This document shows positions 16,618-26,889 of a stretch of 46,715 nt of DNA, piece after piece. The notes beneath the pieces were generated by a model, which saw only the letters and a list, made by a program, of their open reading frames with translations, was not told the origin of the DNA and ran no database searches. The first letter of the stretch is position 1. Every line of letters begins with the position of its first letter. The stretch is from a virus (taxonomy: Duplodnaviria; Caudoviricetes), in the IMG/VR virus record IMGVR_UViG_3300030397_000540, positions 1-46,715 of that record. One strand, written 5' to 3'. A program made the position numbers and the translations under genes.

Positions 16618-17748
16618 TTATCCGCCAATCGCGTAAGAGGCACAATCCCATTCTCCGCAACCAGCGATCCAGTGCAAACGGCGATTCCACGGCCATACAG
16701 CCGCGCCGCCGGTGTAGGCTACATCCGGAATGTGGAACAGGTCATAATGCTTGGAAAGGACCAGTTTCCACACTTCGTTACATTCGTCGTACTTGATTTG
16801 AAAATCGAAGGTGTGTCCGAGTGCTTCAATAGTAGTTTTGGTATAGTTGGGATTGTTGAATTTTTCTCGGTAACCGGTGTACCGGAACCATTCTAACAAC
16901 GAGAAATTACCCGGCGTCCAGGCAATCATGTGAGAATTGGTATCCGTTTCAATACCCTGTACGGTAGTATCTACATCAAAATCCGTGAAAACAGTTGCAC
17001 CATGTAGGGCAGCAGCCGGATTATCGGAAGCACTTACCGCATTGGATCCAAGGCCGCCAACAACTCTGGTATCCATAAAGGTCGACAGAATATCACCACC
17101 AACAACGATAGGTGAACGGTCAGTTGCGTACATTTTCCGAAACTGACTCTTCACTGCTCCGAAGGCCGCCGGGTTAGCATAGCCGGCCGGGTTCAAGATG
17201 TTTAGTGTCCGGGCTGTACCGCCAGTGGATGCGGTAGTACCGTCAGCGTAGTTACCTAAAGTAGCATATGCCGAAGTGATCAGCTGTACATTGGTGGCCC
17301 GAAGAAGATCGCGGGCCATTAATTCAATTTCCAGACCGATTCGCTCATTAGGGGTTTCGCAAAGATCGTCGAAATCATCCTCGATAATATCCCGAGCCAA
17401 TGCCACCGTATGATCCAAATCAATATCCAGGTATTCGTAGGGATCAACGCTATCGGTGTGATCCGCACAAAGCCCCGGTTTGGTCGTAGCAGCAGTATTG
17501 CGAACAGGCCGAAGGTATTTAAGTTCTACCCGCGGCCGTGCTCCCGCACCGGACTGCGGACTGCCTTTACCCGGTAATTGCGCTCGGGTTACGATCGGTT
17601 CGAGACCGCGTGTATTGGCCGTGCTTTTGAGGGCTTGAAGAAAACCAAAATCTTCTGAAATTCGTCCGGGGTCTTCCGAACTTACCATTTCAAGCGACTT
17701 CTGAATGTTGAGACAACAAAGATCGCTCGTACTCGCTTGAGCACCCAT
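16618..17748 (-). CDS. Major capsid protein (putative)
   Basis: 376 aa, downstream of the scaffold gene and followed by a hairpin; composition and position fit. Confidence 0.7.
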   Translation of the reverse strand: MGAQASTSDLCCLNIQKSLEMVSSEDPGRISEDFGFLQALKSTANTRGLEPIVTRAQLPGKGSPQSGAGARPRVELKYLRPVRNTAATTKPGLCADHTDSVDPYEYLDIDLDHTVALARDIIEDDFDDLCETPNERIGLEIELMARDLLRATNVQLITSAYATLGNYADGTTASTGGTARTLNILNPAGYANPAAFGAVKSQFRKMYATDRSPIVVGGDILSTFMDTRVVGGLGSNAVSASDNPAAALHGATVFTDFDVDTTVQGIETDTNSHMIAWTPGNFSLLEWFRYTGYREKFNNPNYTKTTIEALGHTFDFQIKYDECNEVWKLVLSKHYDLFHIPDVAYTGGAAVWPWNRRLHWIAGCGEWDCASYAIGG

Positions 17749-17790
17749 ATCTTTAGAATTGTGTAATGGTCAACAAAAAGGTTAATGCAT

Positions 17791-17867
17791 TTGGTGGGCG
17801 CATACCCTGTTGTTACGCGTTGGTGGGTGCGTTACCCATTACACCAATTGGTAGGCTGATGTGACCC
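17791..17867 (-). repeat. Three copies of a mini-hairpin followed by ACCAA in the capsid leader
   Basis: Minus strand: GGGTCACATCAGCCT-ACCAA, GGGTAACGCACCC-ACCAA, GGGTATGCGCCC-ACCAA at 28-29 nt spacing. Confidence 0.7.
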
Positions 17868-17890
17868 AAACAAATATGAAGAAACAATCC

Positions 17891-18754
17891 TTAGCGCTTC
17901 TTTTTCCCGTAATCTGCCATTCTCGCTTCTAAGGCACTTGTTGCTTTAAATTTCTTACCATTGTCCCCGCTTCCGCCGTTTCCACCATTCCCATTTTGCC
18001 GGTTTGGCAGCCGGAAGTTACCAGGCTGACCGTTCGATTCCTTCAATACGCCGAAATCTTTCGCCATCTCCAGCACTGGTTCTTTCAGGTTATCATATAC
18101 CCCTTCTCCACTTAAATTTACGGCCTTGCTTGTACCGTCAAGGTCAAGCAAAGCACCATCGGCGGCAATATTCCACTTCTCTTCCAATTCCCGACGTACA
18201 TGACTTTCAAATAGCTTCTGACCTTTGCCATCTACTCCATATTCAATACTCTTAAAAACAGTTGCGAAAGCCTGGTTTTTGTCGTAGCCGGCAATCTTTT
18301 TGTTGTAATCCGCCTCCAGTGCAGCAACTTTCGTTTCATGATCCTTCACGGTCTTAGAATGCTTGTCTTGCCATTCGCGCAGCTTGGCAGCCACTTCCTC
18401 ATACTTGGTCTTAAATTCAGAATCGTCACCGGATCCACTGGTGATCTTTTCAACTACCATTTCGGATACCTTCTCAAAACCAAGTTCCTCGGCTTCATTA
18501 CCGGAAATGTCCAGATTGGCCGATTGGGCTAACTTACGCGATAGCTGTTTGGTAACAACCAGGCCTTTAGTATTGACCTGTTTGGTAATGTCATCTTTCA
18601 ATTTTGATTTCCAAACCGCTGCCCGACCTTCCTGGTATTTTTTGAAAGCCGCATCAAAGTCAAAATCTTCTTTCGGCTCATCTGCCAAAAGTTGTTCTCT
18701 CAATTCCGTTGGTGTTCCTACCCGGTCAAGGAACTTCTTTAAAAGCTCACTCAT
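17891..18754 (-). CDS. Capsid scaffolding protein (putative)
   Basis: Charged coiled coil with a Gly/Asn tail, upstream of the capsid gene. Confidence 0.7.
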   Translation of the reverse strand: MSELLKKFLDRVGTPTELREQLLADEPKEDFDFDAAFKKYQEGRAAVWKSKLKDDITKQVNTKGLVVTKQLSRKLAQSANLDISGNEAEELGFEKVSEMVVEKITSGSGDDSEFKTKYEEVAAKLREWQDKHSKTVKDHETKVAALEADYNKKIAGYDKNQAFATVFKSIEYGVDGKGQKLFESHVRRELEEKWNIAADGALLDLDGTSKAVNLSGEGVYDNLKEPVLEMAKDFGVLKESNGQPGNFRLPNRQNGNGGNGGSGDNGKKFKATSALEARMADYGKKKR

Positions 18755-19021
18755 TTATACTTCTTTATTTTCGTTTGCGGCTGTTTCTGAGGTTGTAGTA
18801 GTCGCTTTTTTCCGGCGACCGCGCTTTTTCGCTGGTGGGGCCTTTGGATTCTCTTCTGGCTTTGGTGCGTATTCCTCGAAATACAAGTATGCTTCCTCGA
18901 CTCTACAGTAACTGCCCCCCTTGCTGACATGATTATAGGTCAAGTAATTTTCAGCAAGCTTTTCCTTAACTTCAATTTCTCCTTTAAGAGCGTGAATTAT
19001 TGTCACTGTTTTTGCATCCAT
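18755..19021 (-). CDS. Hypothetical head-module protein
   Basis: 88 aa with a KKRGRRKK tail. Confidence 0.65.
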   Translation of the reverse strand: MDAKTVTIIHALKGEIEVKEKLAENYLTYNHVSKGGSYCRVEEAYLYFEEYAPKPEENPKAPPAKKRGRRKKATTTTSETAANENKEV

Positions 19022-19073
19022 GTTGCAAATTTTGATTCAAAAATAAGTTTTAAATTGATAAAATCAAAACACC

Positions 19074-20036
19074 CTACTCTTTCCCGGCGCCATCAGGGTC
19101 GAATTTCTTTAGTTCATCCAGGCCTTTTCGGATTTCTTCCAAGCGTTTTTTATCCGACCTGGTAAGCGGCACAAAAATCATGTCATGTCGACAATTGTAC
19201 CCACCTCGATGAATGGCAAAGGTCTCTGCAGTAGTTTCCGGCCGCCATCCGGGATTGTCTTTTGAGCGCTTGACAATCTCCGGAATTGCTTCGACGGGAT
19301 AAACAGATTCATCAATACTAAGATCTGCATATCTACCGGTACCCTCAACCAGATCAATACAAGTCTGCCGGGAAGTACGAATCAAGCTTCCAGAATAGAA
19401 GAAGCCGTCTAAGTCGTTTTCTTTCGCCATTTGCCAATTAACATAACCGGCATAACCGCTTAAAAGATCGGTGGAAACCTGCCTGGAGTATCTTGCCAGC
19501 TGGCCGCCTGACTCCGTTTCGCCTCGAACATACTTCCGTAGAATTTCTACGGCATCGGTAAGCGGCATATTGGTCTCGATTGCCTGGAACATTTGGCGTT
19601 GAAGAGGGAGTAAGTATTGAGTTTCCAGGCCTTTTAAGTCTTTGAGAGATTTTACCACGATGTTGATCGCCTGCCGCTTTGCCACTCGAGTATCAGCTGC
19701 TACAAATCCATCACCAACAATTTCACCGTAGATATCTCGAGATAAAGTATCTACCTGATCAAATTTAGGTAGAAACAAATCTACCTTTTTAGGTAAAGTG
19801 CTTTTCTGAAGTACCCGGCGAGTTTTTCGGGTAATGTCCTGCAGTGTTCGGGTAGAATTTTGATCTTTCTGGATCCGGCCATCTTTAACGGTAAATCCGC
19901 GGATGATTTTAAGAAAGGAAGACCAAAGGGAAGTCTCTGTTGATTTTACATCATCGATGAATTGATCATCGGCAGTGAGTAGTAATTCAAGGCGCTGCCG
20001 GATCTTGTCGATCAATCCATTTTTACCTTGAACCAT
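19074..20036 (-). CDS. Minor head morphogenesis protein (SPP1 gp7/Mu gpF-like)
   Basis: YSGSL--TSRQTC and RGGYNCRH motifs; follows the portal gene. Confidence 0.75.
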   Translation of the reverse strand: MVQGKNGLIDKIRQRLELLLTADDQFIDDVKSTETSLWSSFLKIIRGFTVKDGRIQKDQNSTRTLQDITRKTRRVLQKSTLPKKVDLFLPKFDQVDTLSRDIYGEIVGDGFVAADTRVAKRQAINIVVKSLKDLKGLETQYLLPLQRQMFQAIETNMPLTDAVEILRKYVRGETESGGQLARYSRQVSTDLLSGYAGYVNWQMAKENDLDGFFYSGSLIRTSRQTCIDLVEGTGRYADLSIDESVYPVEAIPEIVKRSKDNPGWRPETTAETFAIHRGGYNCRHDMIFVPLTRSDKKRLEEIRKGLDELKKFDPDGAGKE

Positions 20037-20038
20037 AT

Positions 20039-21853
20039 TTATCCGGTTTCACCGGCACGTTGTCCGGAATTAAAATCCAAATCTGATACACTACCCGGCT
20101 GATCCGGCAACATGGTTTCCAAAACCATATCAGCCTTAGTAAAGGCATTCTGTTTATCCAATTTCAAAAACGCTTCTGCTCCGACTTCATCAAGTATGTC
20201 CTTAAAGATGATAAAGGCATTGTCCTTTTTGATCAGGTCTTTGGCCTGGTATACACCCCATCCCAGGTTAAGAGATATTTCACTTTCGGAATTGAGTAAT
20301 ATCGGAGCCCATTGCAACGTAAGCTGATAGACCTTCAAAAGCGGCTGATCCGCTGAATATTTCTTTGCATACAGGTCCATTTGGGATTGGAACCGATCCG
20401 CCGGCAGTGCATTTTGTGCATTTTCCTCTAAAATTGCCTGACTGGTGTACTGCAGATCGGTCGGCATGCGCATCCGCGGAGACTGTCGGCGACCTTCATC
20501 GACCACCAAAAGCCCTTCGACAATCTCCAGATGACGAGACATAATGCCGAAAAAGTTATCAGATACAGCCCGCAATAGGTCGTTCAAGTCTTCGAGTCGA
20601 ATAGCCTTCGCAATACCAGATTCACCAACATTTTCGAGCAAATCCAACCCGATTGCTTTTTTTGCCCGGGTGAATAAATCCCATGGCACTTCATAACTGT
20701 GCTGCATGGTGCCTTCCGGCGGTGTGACATACTCAATTGTCGGCCGATTATCGACCGGTCCGCCCATATTGGCCCCATCTTCCCGAATTAGCACCTGGTA
20801 AGGACCAGGATTCGGAATATAGCTAGTTCCTTCGCAAGTAGCACAAGTGCTTTTAGTTGGATTACCTTCTGCATCTTGTTCCAAAACGCTCCCGTTCCGG
20901 CACTGCGAATTGGTACATGGTATTTTTGCCATCACCATTTTCGGGTGATTGTGCTGCATCCGGACCGCCTGGTTATCGGAAAACGCCATTACCACTTCAT
21001 CGGCCAATTCATAGTAGGAACGTAGAAAGGATTCGAAGTAAAGATCCATTTCGTCAAACGAACCGCGATCCTCACTGTAAAACCTTACATCTCCGGGACG
21101 AGAGGCGACGCCACCCAAAACATTAACGGGCAACTTTTTTAGATCATGGAAATACCACAATTCTAACTCATAGGTAAATCCAGAATTTCCCGTTGCACTT
21201 TTTACCGGGATGTACCGGGCATACTTCTCATGATCGACCAAAAAATAATAGGGTTCCTCATGATCTTTATCGACCGTCCATTGACCTGCATTCCAGGCAA
21301 AAATGTCATTGTCGTGCCATTGGATTTTACCAGAAGAGACAAAAATATTGATTGGTTCAACCTTTTGATTAGACGGGACGCCACCTTCGGTTTCCGGTGC
21401 GATCGGTGGCGTATATGGATCACCTGGCACGGTCGGAAACGGCAGCAGTACGGCGTTAGGGTCTTCGATCATCATTGGCAAAACCAACTGATACATGAAG
21501 GAATTCATGGTAATCGGCCGCCCTTTAACCCGGAACGGTTTTTCTTCCAGCCACTCGTTCAGGGAATCACTTACCGTCGATTGGTCCAGTGTTATACCAT
21601 GCTCAACGAATATCCGACTGACTTTAGCGATCCATTTCCAAGTACCTTCTGAAGTGATATCTCTACGCACATCATCACGAAAATCCTTTACCTGTTCCGA
21701 TTCGTTTGGTCGGTTGATGTCAAATAAATCATTGCGTTCCATTCTGCGCATATGCCGGGCCGCTTGACTTTGCACATCACGCCAGTATGTTAATAATTCC
21801 GGGTCCTCTTTGTAGAACTTCGGATATACCGCAATAAAATCTTCTATCAACAT
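20039..21853 (-). CDS. Portal protein (putative) with a Cys4 insertion
   Basis: 604 aa; ESGIAKAI motif; precedes the gpF-like, scaffold and capsid genes. Confidence 0.72.
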   Translation of the reverse strand: MLIEDFIAVYPKFYKEDPELLTYWRDVQSQAARHMRRMERNDLFDINRPNESEQVKDFRDDVRRDITSEGTWKWIAKVSRIFVEHGITLDQSTVSDSLNEWLEEKPFRVKGRPITMNSFMYQLVLPMMIEDPNAVLLPFPTVPGDPYTPPIAPETEGGVPSNQKVEPINIFVSSGKIQWHDNDIFAWNAGQWTVDKDHEEPYYFLVDHEKYARYIPVKSATGNSGFTYELELWYFHDLKKLPVNVLGGVASRPGDVRFYSEDRGSFDEMDLYFESFLRSYYELADEVVMAFSDNQAVRMQHNHPKMVMAKIPCTNSQCRNGSVLEQDAEGNPTKSTCATCEGTSYIPNPGPYQVLIREDGANMGGPVDNRPTIEYVTPPEGTMQHSYEVPWDLFTRAKKAIGLDLLENVGESGIAKAIRLEDLNDLLRAVSDNFFGIMSRHLEIVEGLLVVDEGRRQSPRMRMPTDLQYTSQAILEENAQNALPADRFQSQMDLYAKKYSADQPLLKVYQLTLQWAPILLNSESEISLNLGWGVYQAKDLIKKDNAFIIFKDILDEVGAEAFLKLDKQNAFTKADMVLETMLPDQPGSVSDLDFNSGQRAGETG

Positions 21854-21866
21854 CAGAAAAGGATTA

Positions 21867-21887
21867 GAGCGGGACTAAAGCCCGCTC
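21867..21887 (-). terminator. Hairpin after the tail tube gene
   Basis: GAGCGGG-N7-CCCGCTC. Confidence 0.5.
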
Positions 21888-21913
21888 AATAACATATACT
21901 ATGAGACACACTG

Positions 21914-22549
21914 TTAAGCTAAAGCACTGAACACTCCAGGCAACAATGCAGCTTCCATTACACCGGTTTTCTTAATCGAAAACTGGGTAGTCCAAACCGC
22001 TTTTCTTTGTTCGCCTTCGCTCAAATGCGGCGGAGTGGTAACGGAAAACTCAAAGCCCGGGTTAGAGTTTGCAACAGTAGCCGGGGCACCACCGCCAACC
22101 TGGTCCATCCATTGATCATCTATGTAAAACAATGGTCCCGTATTGTCACAATCCGGCAACATAATGCGGTAGCTGCTAACGTAGCGGAATACATCACGCC
22201 AATAGGTAACGGAATCCGGAACATTGTTGGTAAACCCACCAAATTGATAGGTCGTAAAGTCAACCAAGTAATTACCTTCACCAGGGATTTCTCGCCCGCA
22301 ACCGGTAATTTCAAATGAACTCGTAGTCGGGGGGTTAATTACAGCCTTCCCTTCCGGCGAAAGTCGAACATCGCCAGACGTAACAGCAGCCGTCCATTCT
22401 GAAACGTCCAAAATGTCGGTAAACTGGTAGTCGCATTTAATTAATGTAAAGTGGTTGAAACCAAAGTTTCTGAAAAGATCTTCGCAGCCGTGATAGCTTG
22501 AGGGCGGATCCTGAATGGTTCCGCAAGTTTGTGCGCAAATGGCAGCCAT
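21914..22549 (-). CDS. Major tail tube protein (putative)
   Basis: 211 aa, beta-rich, followed by a hairpin. Confidence 0.55.
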   Translation of the reverse strand: MAAICAQTCGTIQDPPSSYHGCEDLFRNFGFNHFTLIKCDYQFTDILDVSEWTAAVTSGDVRLSPEGKAVINPPTTSSFEITGCGREIPGEGNYLVDFTTYQFGGFTNNVPDSVTYWRDVFRYVSSYRIMLPDCDNTGPLFYIDDQWMDQVGGGAPATVANSNPGFEFSVTTPPHLSEGEQRKAVWTTQFSIKKTGVMEAALLPGVFSALA

Positions 22550-22578
22550 GTTGTCTACTTTTTGATTAAAAATTGCCG

Positions 22579-22806
22579 CTATTCTTCCTCGGCGGCTACG
22601 TTTTCCTGATCATTGGCGGGCTGCCCAATGTATTCGCTTTTCTCCAAAACAGCTTCAGCCTCTTCGACTGATAATTGTGTCCATCCCATGCGGGTGTAAA
22701 TCTCCTTACCGGCTTCGTATTCTTCGACTGGTAAAGCGGTAGTACGGCCGTTGGTATGCTTCAAAACAACTATTTCAGAGATATTTTCTTTCATGGTCCT
22801 ATACAA
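22579..22806 (-). CDS. Hypothetical acidic protein
   Basis: Operon-filling ORF. Confidence 0.6.
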   Translation of the reverse strand: MYRTMKENISEIVVLKHTNGRTTALPVEEYEAGKEIYTRMGWTQLSVEEAEAVLEKSEYIGQPANDQENVAAEEE

Positions 22807-23831
22807 GTTACATCAATACATTCAACGCAATTTGCCTGGATGGGAACGGGGGCGATAAATGGATTTTCCACAGTGATATTATTCCGGCATTGCAGATCCA
22901 CACCACAACTTCTTGTCATTTCGATATCGAATAGGAATTGGCGCCCTGCCTGAGCCCCTAACCGGTTATCGACCGAAAAATCATTGATCTCGAATAGCAT
23001 ATCATCGGCGAAAATCTGTCCTCCAGGCACCCAAACCCGGGAAATGACATTTTTCATAAATGCCGGCACCATTCTTTCAAGCACTACCCGATATCCTTCT
23101 GTTACTGTCACTGTCGACACCCTTCCGTTGAAGGATTCCTTTGATACGTTATCTTCCCAATCCAGTAACGATGCATAAATATACATAGAATTACTGAATT
23201 GCAACTGTGTTGCATTTTTTCCTATCCAGGCCTCCGGTAAACCGTAGTATTGATTAAAACAATCGAAGGTGTCATAGGTGCTTTCAATCTTCACCAGATA
23301 ATCGCATACGCTTGCAACTCGAAAGTGATTGGTACAAAGCTGCTTTACTTCGCTACTGCCGGCATCCAAAAGCCTAATCTTGAAGTAAAAGCATTCCAAA
23401 CTATCGAAAATCGATTGGCTCATGTCGATTTCAACCGTCTGATACGAATCAAATCCGCCGTTTATCGTGCCAACACCCCAATCCGAAGCAAAATCACCAA
23501 TAGTAGTACTGACCCTAGTGTTCGTTTTAGCGTTCCATAGCTCCCATATGACCCAATCACCGATTCCCAGCGTTGGCGCCATGGGATCAGTGTTTACAAA
23601 GTCCGTGAACCGGGTTTGTAGCATGAATTTTTGATCGCGGAGAACAGGAATGAAATAGGGGTTGTCTGTTTGGCACAAATTGCAATTCCAAATGGCGTCG
23701 CAATCGGTGATTATGCCTTGGCGATTTGTTTTATCGCATTCGAGTATGCGCAAATCACAATGCATGAACGTTCGTGATTCAATATTTTGGCATCCTGAGC
23801 CCTCTATCTGGTTAAAAAAGAATTCTGCCAT
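22791..23831 (-). CDS. Tail-associated structural protein, Cys-rich
   Basis: Position in the tail block. Confidence 0.55.
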   Translation of the reverse strand: MAEFFFNQIEGSGCQNIESRTFMHCDLRILECDKTNRQGIITDCDAIWNCNLCQTDNPYFIPVLRDQKFMLQTRFTDFVNTDPMAPTLGIGDWVIWELWNAKTNTRVSTTIGDFASDWGVGTINGGFDSYQTVEIDMSQSIFDSLECFYFKIRLLDAGSSEVKQLCTNHFRVASVCDYLVKIESTYDTFDCFNQYYGLPEAWIGKNATQLQFSNSMYIYASLLDWEDNVSKESFNGRVSTVTVTEGYRVVLERMVPAFMKNVISRVWVPGGQIFADDMLFEINDFSVDNRLGAQAGRQFLFDIEMTRSCGVDLQCRNNITVENPFIAPVPIQANCVECIDVTCIGP

Positions 23832-25129
23832 TATATTGCCCTTAGATTAAACGAAGTCGGCCCGATCGTACCGTTATAGCTATCCAATGCCGCCCCTACC
23901 GCCGGGGTTGGAATCTGCATGACGACACTACCGTCCGGTAGGTAACTACACGTTTCCATTGTCGTTGTGTCGGTCAATTGAATTTCAAAAGTGAAAGACA
24001 CTTCATAAATATTATCATGCACCCTGGAAAGGCCTTGCCCCGGGTCGTTATCTACGATCAAGAATTCCTTACCGGTAATTTGCCCGACCAAACCACCAAT
24101 CCCTGTCATTTGAGTATCTAAATAGATCTGAGCTCCATTTTTGACCGTCACAAACACTTTTGGAGTGCCCATTGAATACCCGGCCGGTAAAATGAAATCA
24201 ATCAAATCTACCAGTAAATTGAATCCGAAATCGGTCCAATAGAAATGGCTGATCTGAACATCAATTGTCGTTGCCACGCATGCCCCTACGTCGGGAACAG
24301 TGAGGTTATTGTGCTTGGCGATTGCTCCAACACAGTAATTAGAAATTGGCAAAAGCCTGGTGTTAATGGTTACCTGGGCCTGACCGCCAGTAAAGTCGGG
24401 ATCAGCGGAAACTATATAATCGCTATCCAACTGGGCAAAATTTGCATTGTCGAATGGGTTTTGTTCCTGCCATCGATTATCCCCGATTACCTCTTCGGAT
24501 ATCAAGGGGATAAACGAGTAATTTTCGGGGTTAGGATCATCGTATTGGAAAGTATAGGTAACCAACTCAGTAATCCCCAGGTCGACACAGACCCCATTTG
24601 CAACATTATTTCCATCCTGGTCCTCGATAGAAACCAATGAAATTTTATCAGCCCCGCCGGCATCTTCAAAATCCATGATGGTCAATGACGTAGGAATAAC
24701 CACATATCCAATGACTGGATCCGCCGGGGGTACTTCATAAGAAAATTTGAAGACGATGGTGATATACACCGTTTTTCCGGCAAGGCTTTCGGGCACCCGG
24801 TAGATGATATTCACATTCACCTGGTCCGTATCGTTGTCGATCATGCTATCCGGTACGGGCGTAGCTAGGGTTTCAATATCTAATTCGGATGGTAGGTTTT
24901 CAGTAATCAGGCTTAGAACACCAACGAAAGACGAATCAAAATTGCCGGTCCGGCCAAAAGTGTGCATGCTTTGGGTGTGCGTCTCTTTATCGATCGATAC
25001 AGCCACCCCGACCCGCTCCAATGGTGCGACACCACTAAGGCAATTAGTTTGGTGGAATGTACTCGCATCATCATACGAATACATCGAAATTCCTATATTC
25101 CCGTTTGGTGAACTTCCCGTTAGTGTCAT
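23831..25129 (-). CDS. Tail-associated structural protein
   Basis: Acidic, beta-rich, 432 aa. Confidence 0.55.
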   Translation of the reverse strand: MTLTGSSPNGNIGISMYSYDDASTFHQTNCLSGVAPLERVGVAVSIDKETHTQSMHTFGRTGNFDSSFVGVLSLITENLPSELDIETLATPVPDSMIDNDTDQVNVNIIYRVPESLAGKTVYITIVFKFSYEVPPADPVIGYVVIPTSLTIMDFEDAGGADKISLVSIEDQDGNNVANGVCVDLGITELVTYTFQYDDPNPENYSFIPLISEEVIGDNRWQEQNPFDNANFAQLDSDYIVSADPDFTGGQAQVTINTRLLPISNYCVGAIAKHNNLTVPDVGACVATTIDVQISHFYWTDFGFNLLVDLIDFILPAGYSMGTPKVFVTVKNGAQIYLDTQMTGIGGLVGQITGKEFLIVDNDPGQGLSRVHDNIYEVSFTFEIQLTDTTTMETCSYLPDGSVVMQIPTPAVGAALDSYNGTIGPTSFNLRAI

Positions 25130-25203
25130 AAATAAAAAAACCAGCTCCTTTTATGGACGCTGGTTCCCTATTAATATATTATCATGTCTAATAACACCCT
25201 AAT

Positions 25204-26889
25204 TTAAGAACAAATCCTGCATACTTTCAAATTTCTAAACGAAATATTTTTTTTAGTGAAGTTGATATTGATGGAATCGGCCAAAGCAACGCCAAATTCC
25301 GTTTGCACACTGGTCCGCATTCCATTTTGGAAGATGAAGTCAACTACTTCGCAAAAATCGTCCGGGTAGTAAGTGATTTCCCCAATATTGTAGCACCGGC
25401 GGTTTGTGGTCTGCTCAATGGCATAAAAACGCTGATAAAGACCTTTGGTCAAGGTCTGCCGAAATGAAAGTTCTTGGCAGACGTTAGCGATCCGGATCGG
25501 CCGGGCGCTTTTGGGACTAATGGGCAATTTGCTGATATCTACAACATTGCCATATAGATCAAACCCGAAAGGAACAAAACGAAATTTAGGTGGAACATGG
25601 CCAAATTGATCAATGGGATCCGGCCAAATGCCCTGCCCCTGGAAATCGGTATCATCCGAAACCAATAATACTTTCGGGGCTTGGGTCATTCCGGAAGTCA
25701 TATACATGGCCACTTCATCACCGACAAAATTCACCCCATTGTTATCTTCATTAATATCCTGCCAGATCCGCCTCATGGCAGTGGCACTTTCCCCTTTATC
25801 CCTAATATTCTCATAATAGGCCTGATCGGCAATAGTATGTAGATTGGAATAGGGAACAGTAACATCAAGACTTCCCTTCAAAGAAGGATCACCCAATTGA
25901 TTCCATTCCACAATATCAGAGAACAACCATTTTGCCCGCCGGCTGGAGTGATCGACGCTATCGGCTTGGTATTCGAATCGGCCAAAAGCATAATTCGAAG
26001 CCAAATCCGGCTGAAATCCAGAAAATCCGGAGATTGTTTTACGGGCGATTTCCGTTGTGAGGTCAAAAAGCGAGGCGTTATTGGTTTGCCACCAGTCATC
26101 ACGCTCGAATCGCAGTTCCGAAGACGTAATTTCCGTATCCGCATTGAAAAGACCAGCCAGGTTATTCAATAACTCCATGGTGGTTTCAATCGGTGCCCGG
26201 GCGTCATCCCAATTCGGCGAACCGTCTTTCGGGTCGTTGTCTACGTCCAAACCTTCTTTGAACTGGGACATAGTGATACCCAATTTTTTGTATTCCGGAT
26301 AAAGGTCAAAAATGGTATCACTCCGGAAAGTCAATCCGGCTTGCTGGGCATTGTGGACCAGAATTGGATAAATATAAGGGGTGATATGATACCCAAAATG
26401 CCGTGAATCCCCGAAATCAGTCGTTGGTAGACCGCCGGTCAACCTGTGCCAAAAGTTAGGATCAATAAAGTACTTTATTTTGGGGTGAACGCCGTTCCTC
26501 ACAAAGTCGTTTTGCCACCAAGTCCGATTCCGTAGGGCATTGTATTTTTTGAGGGCGTCGGAAATGGTGACCAGTGAAACGGTAGCTTTACATTCAATTG
26601 GGTTGAATAGAATATTATCCCCGGACAATTCGAATTTGAATTGTTTCCCATCACAACAATTGGGGACAATCACCGCTTCCCCTTTCGCACCCAGGCCCTG
26701 GCAATCGGGATAATATTTGTTGTAAAGATGATTGTAGGCATCGCCGATAATATCGATCGATGAAGTAAGCCCTAAGTTTACCGTCTTACTGGCCGAATCC
26801 CGGGAAACCTGGATAATGAAATCACCGCCACCTTCCCGGATGTCACTTACATAGCTTTTACCATCAATTACAAATTCTGCGATCGTCAT
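25204..26889 (-). CDS. Tail tip or hub protein (putative)
   Basis: Immediately downstream of the tape measure gene. Confidence 0.55.
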   Translation of the reverse strand: MTIAEFVIDGKSYVSDIREGGGDFIIQVSRDSASKTVNLGLTSSIDIIGDAYNHLYNKYYPDCQGLGAKGEAVIVPNCCDGKQFKFELSGDNILFNPIECKATVSLVTISDALKKYNALRNRTWWQNDFVRNGVHPKIKYFIDPNFWHRLTGGLPTTDFGDSRHFGYHITPYIYPILVHNAQQAGLTFRSDTIFDLYPEYKKLGITMSQFKEGLDVDNDPKDGSPNWDDARAPIETTMELLNNLAGLFNADTEITSSELRFERDDWWQTNNASLFDLTTEIARKTISGFSGFQPDLASNYAFGRFEYQADSVDHSSRRAKWLFSDIVEWNQLGDPSLKGSLDVTVPYSNLHTIADQAYYENIRDKGESATAMRRIWQDINEDNNGVNFVGDEVAMYMTSGMTQAPKVLLVSDDTDFQGQGIWPDPIDQFGHVPPKFRFVPFGFDLYGNVVDISKLPISPKSARPIRIANVCQELSFRQTLTKGLYQRFYAIEQTTNRRCYNIGEITYYPDDFCEVVDFIFQNGMRTSVQTEFGVALADSININFTKKNISFRNLKVCRICS

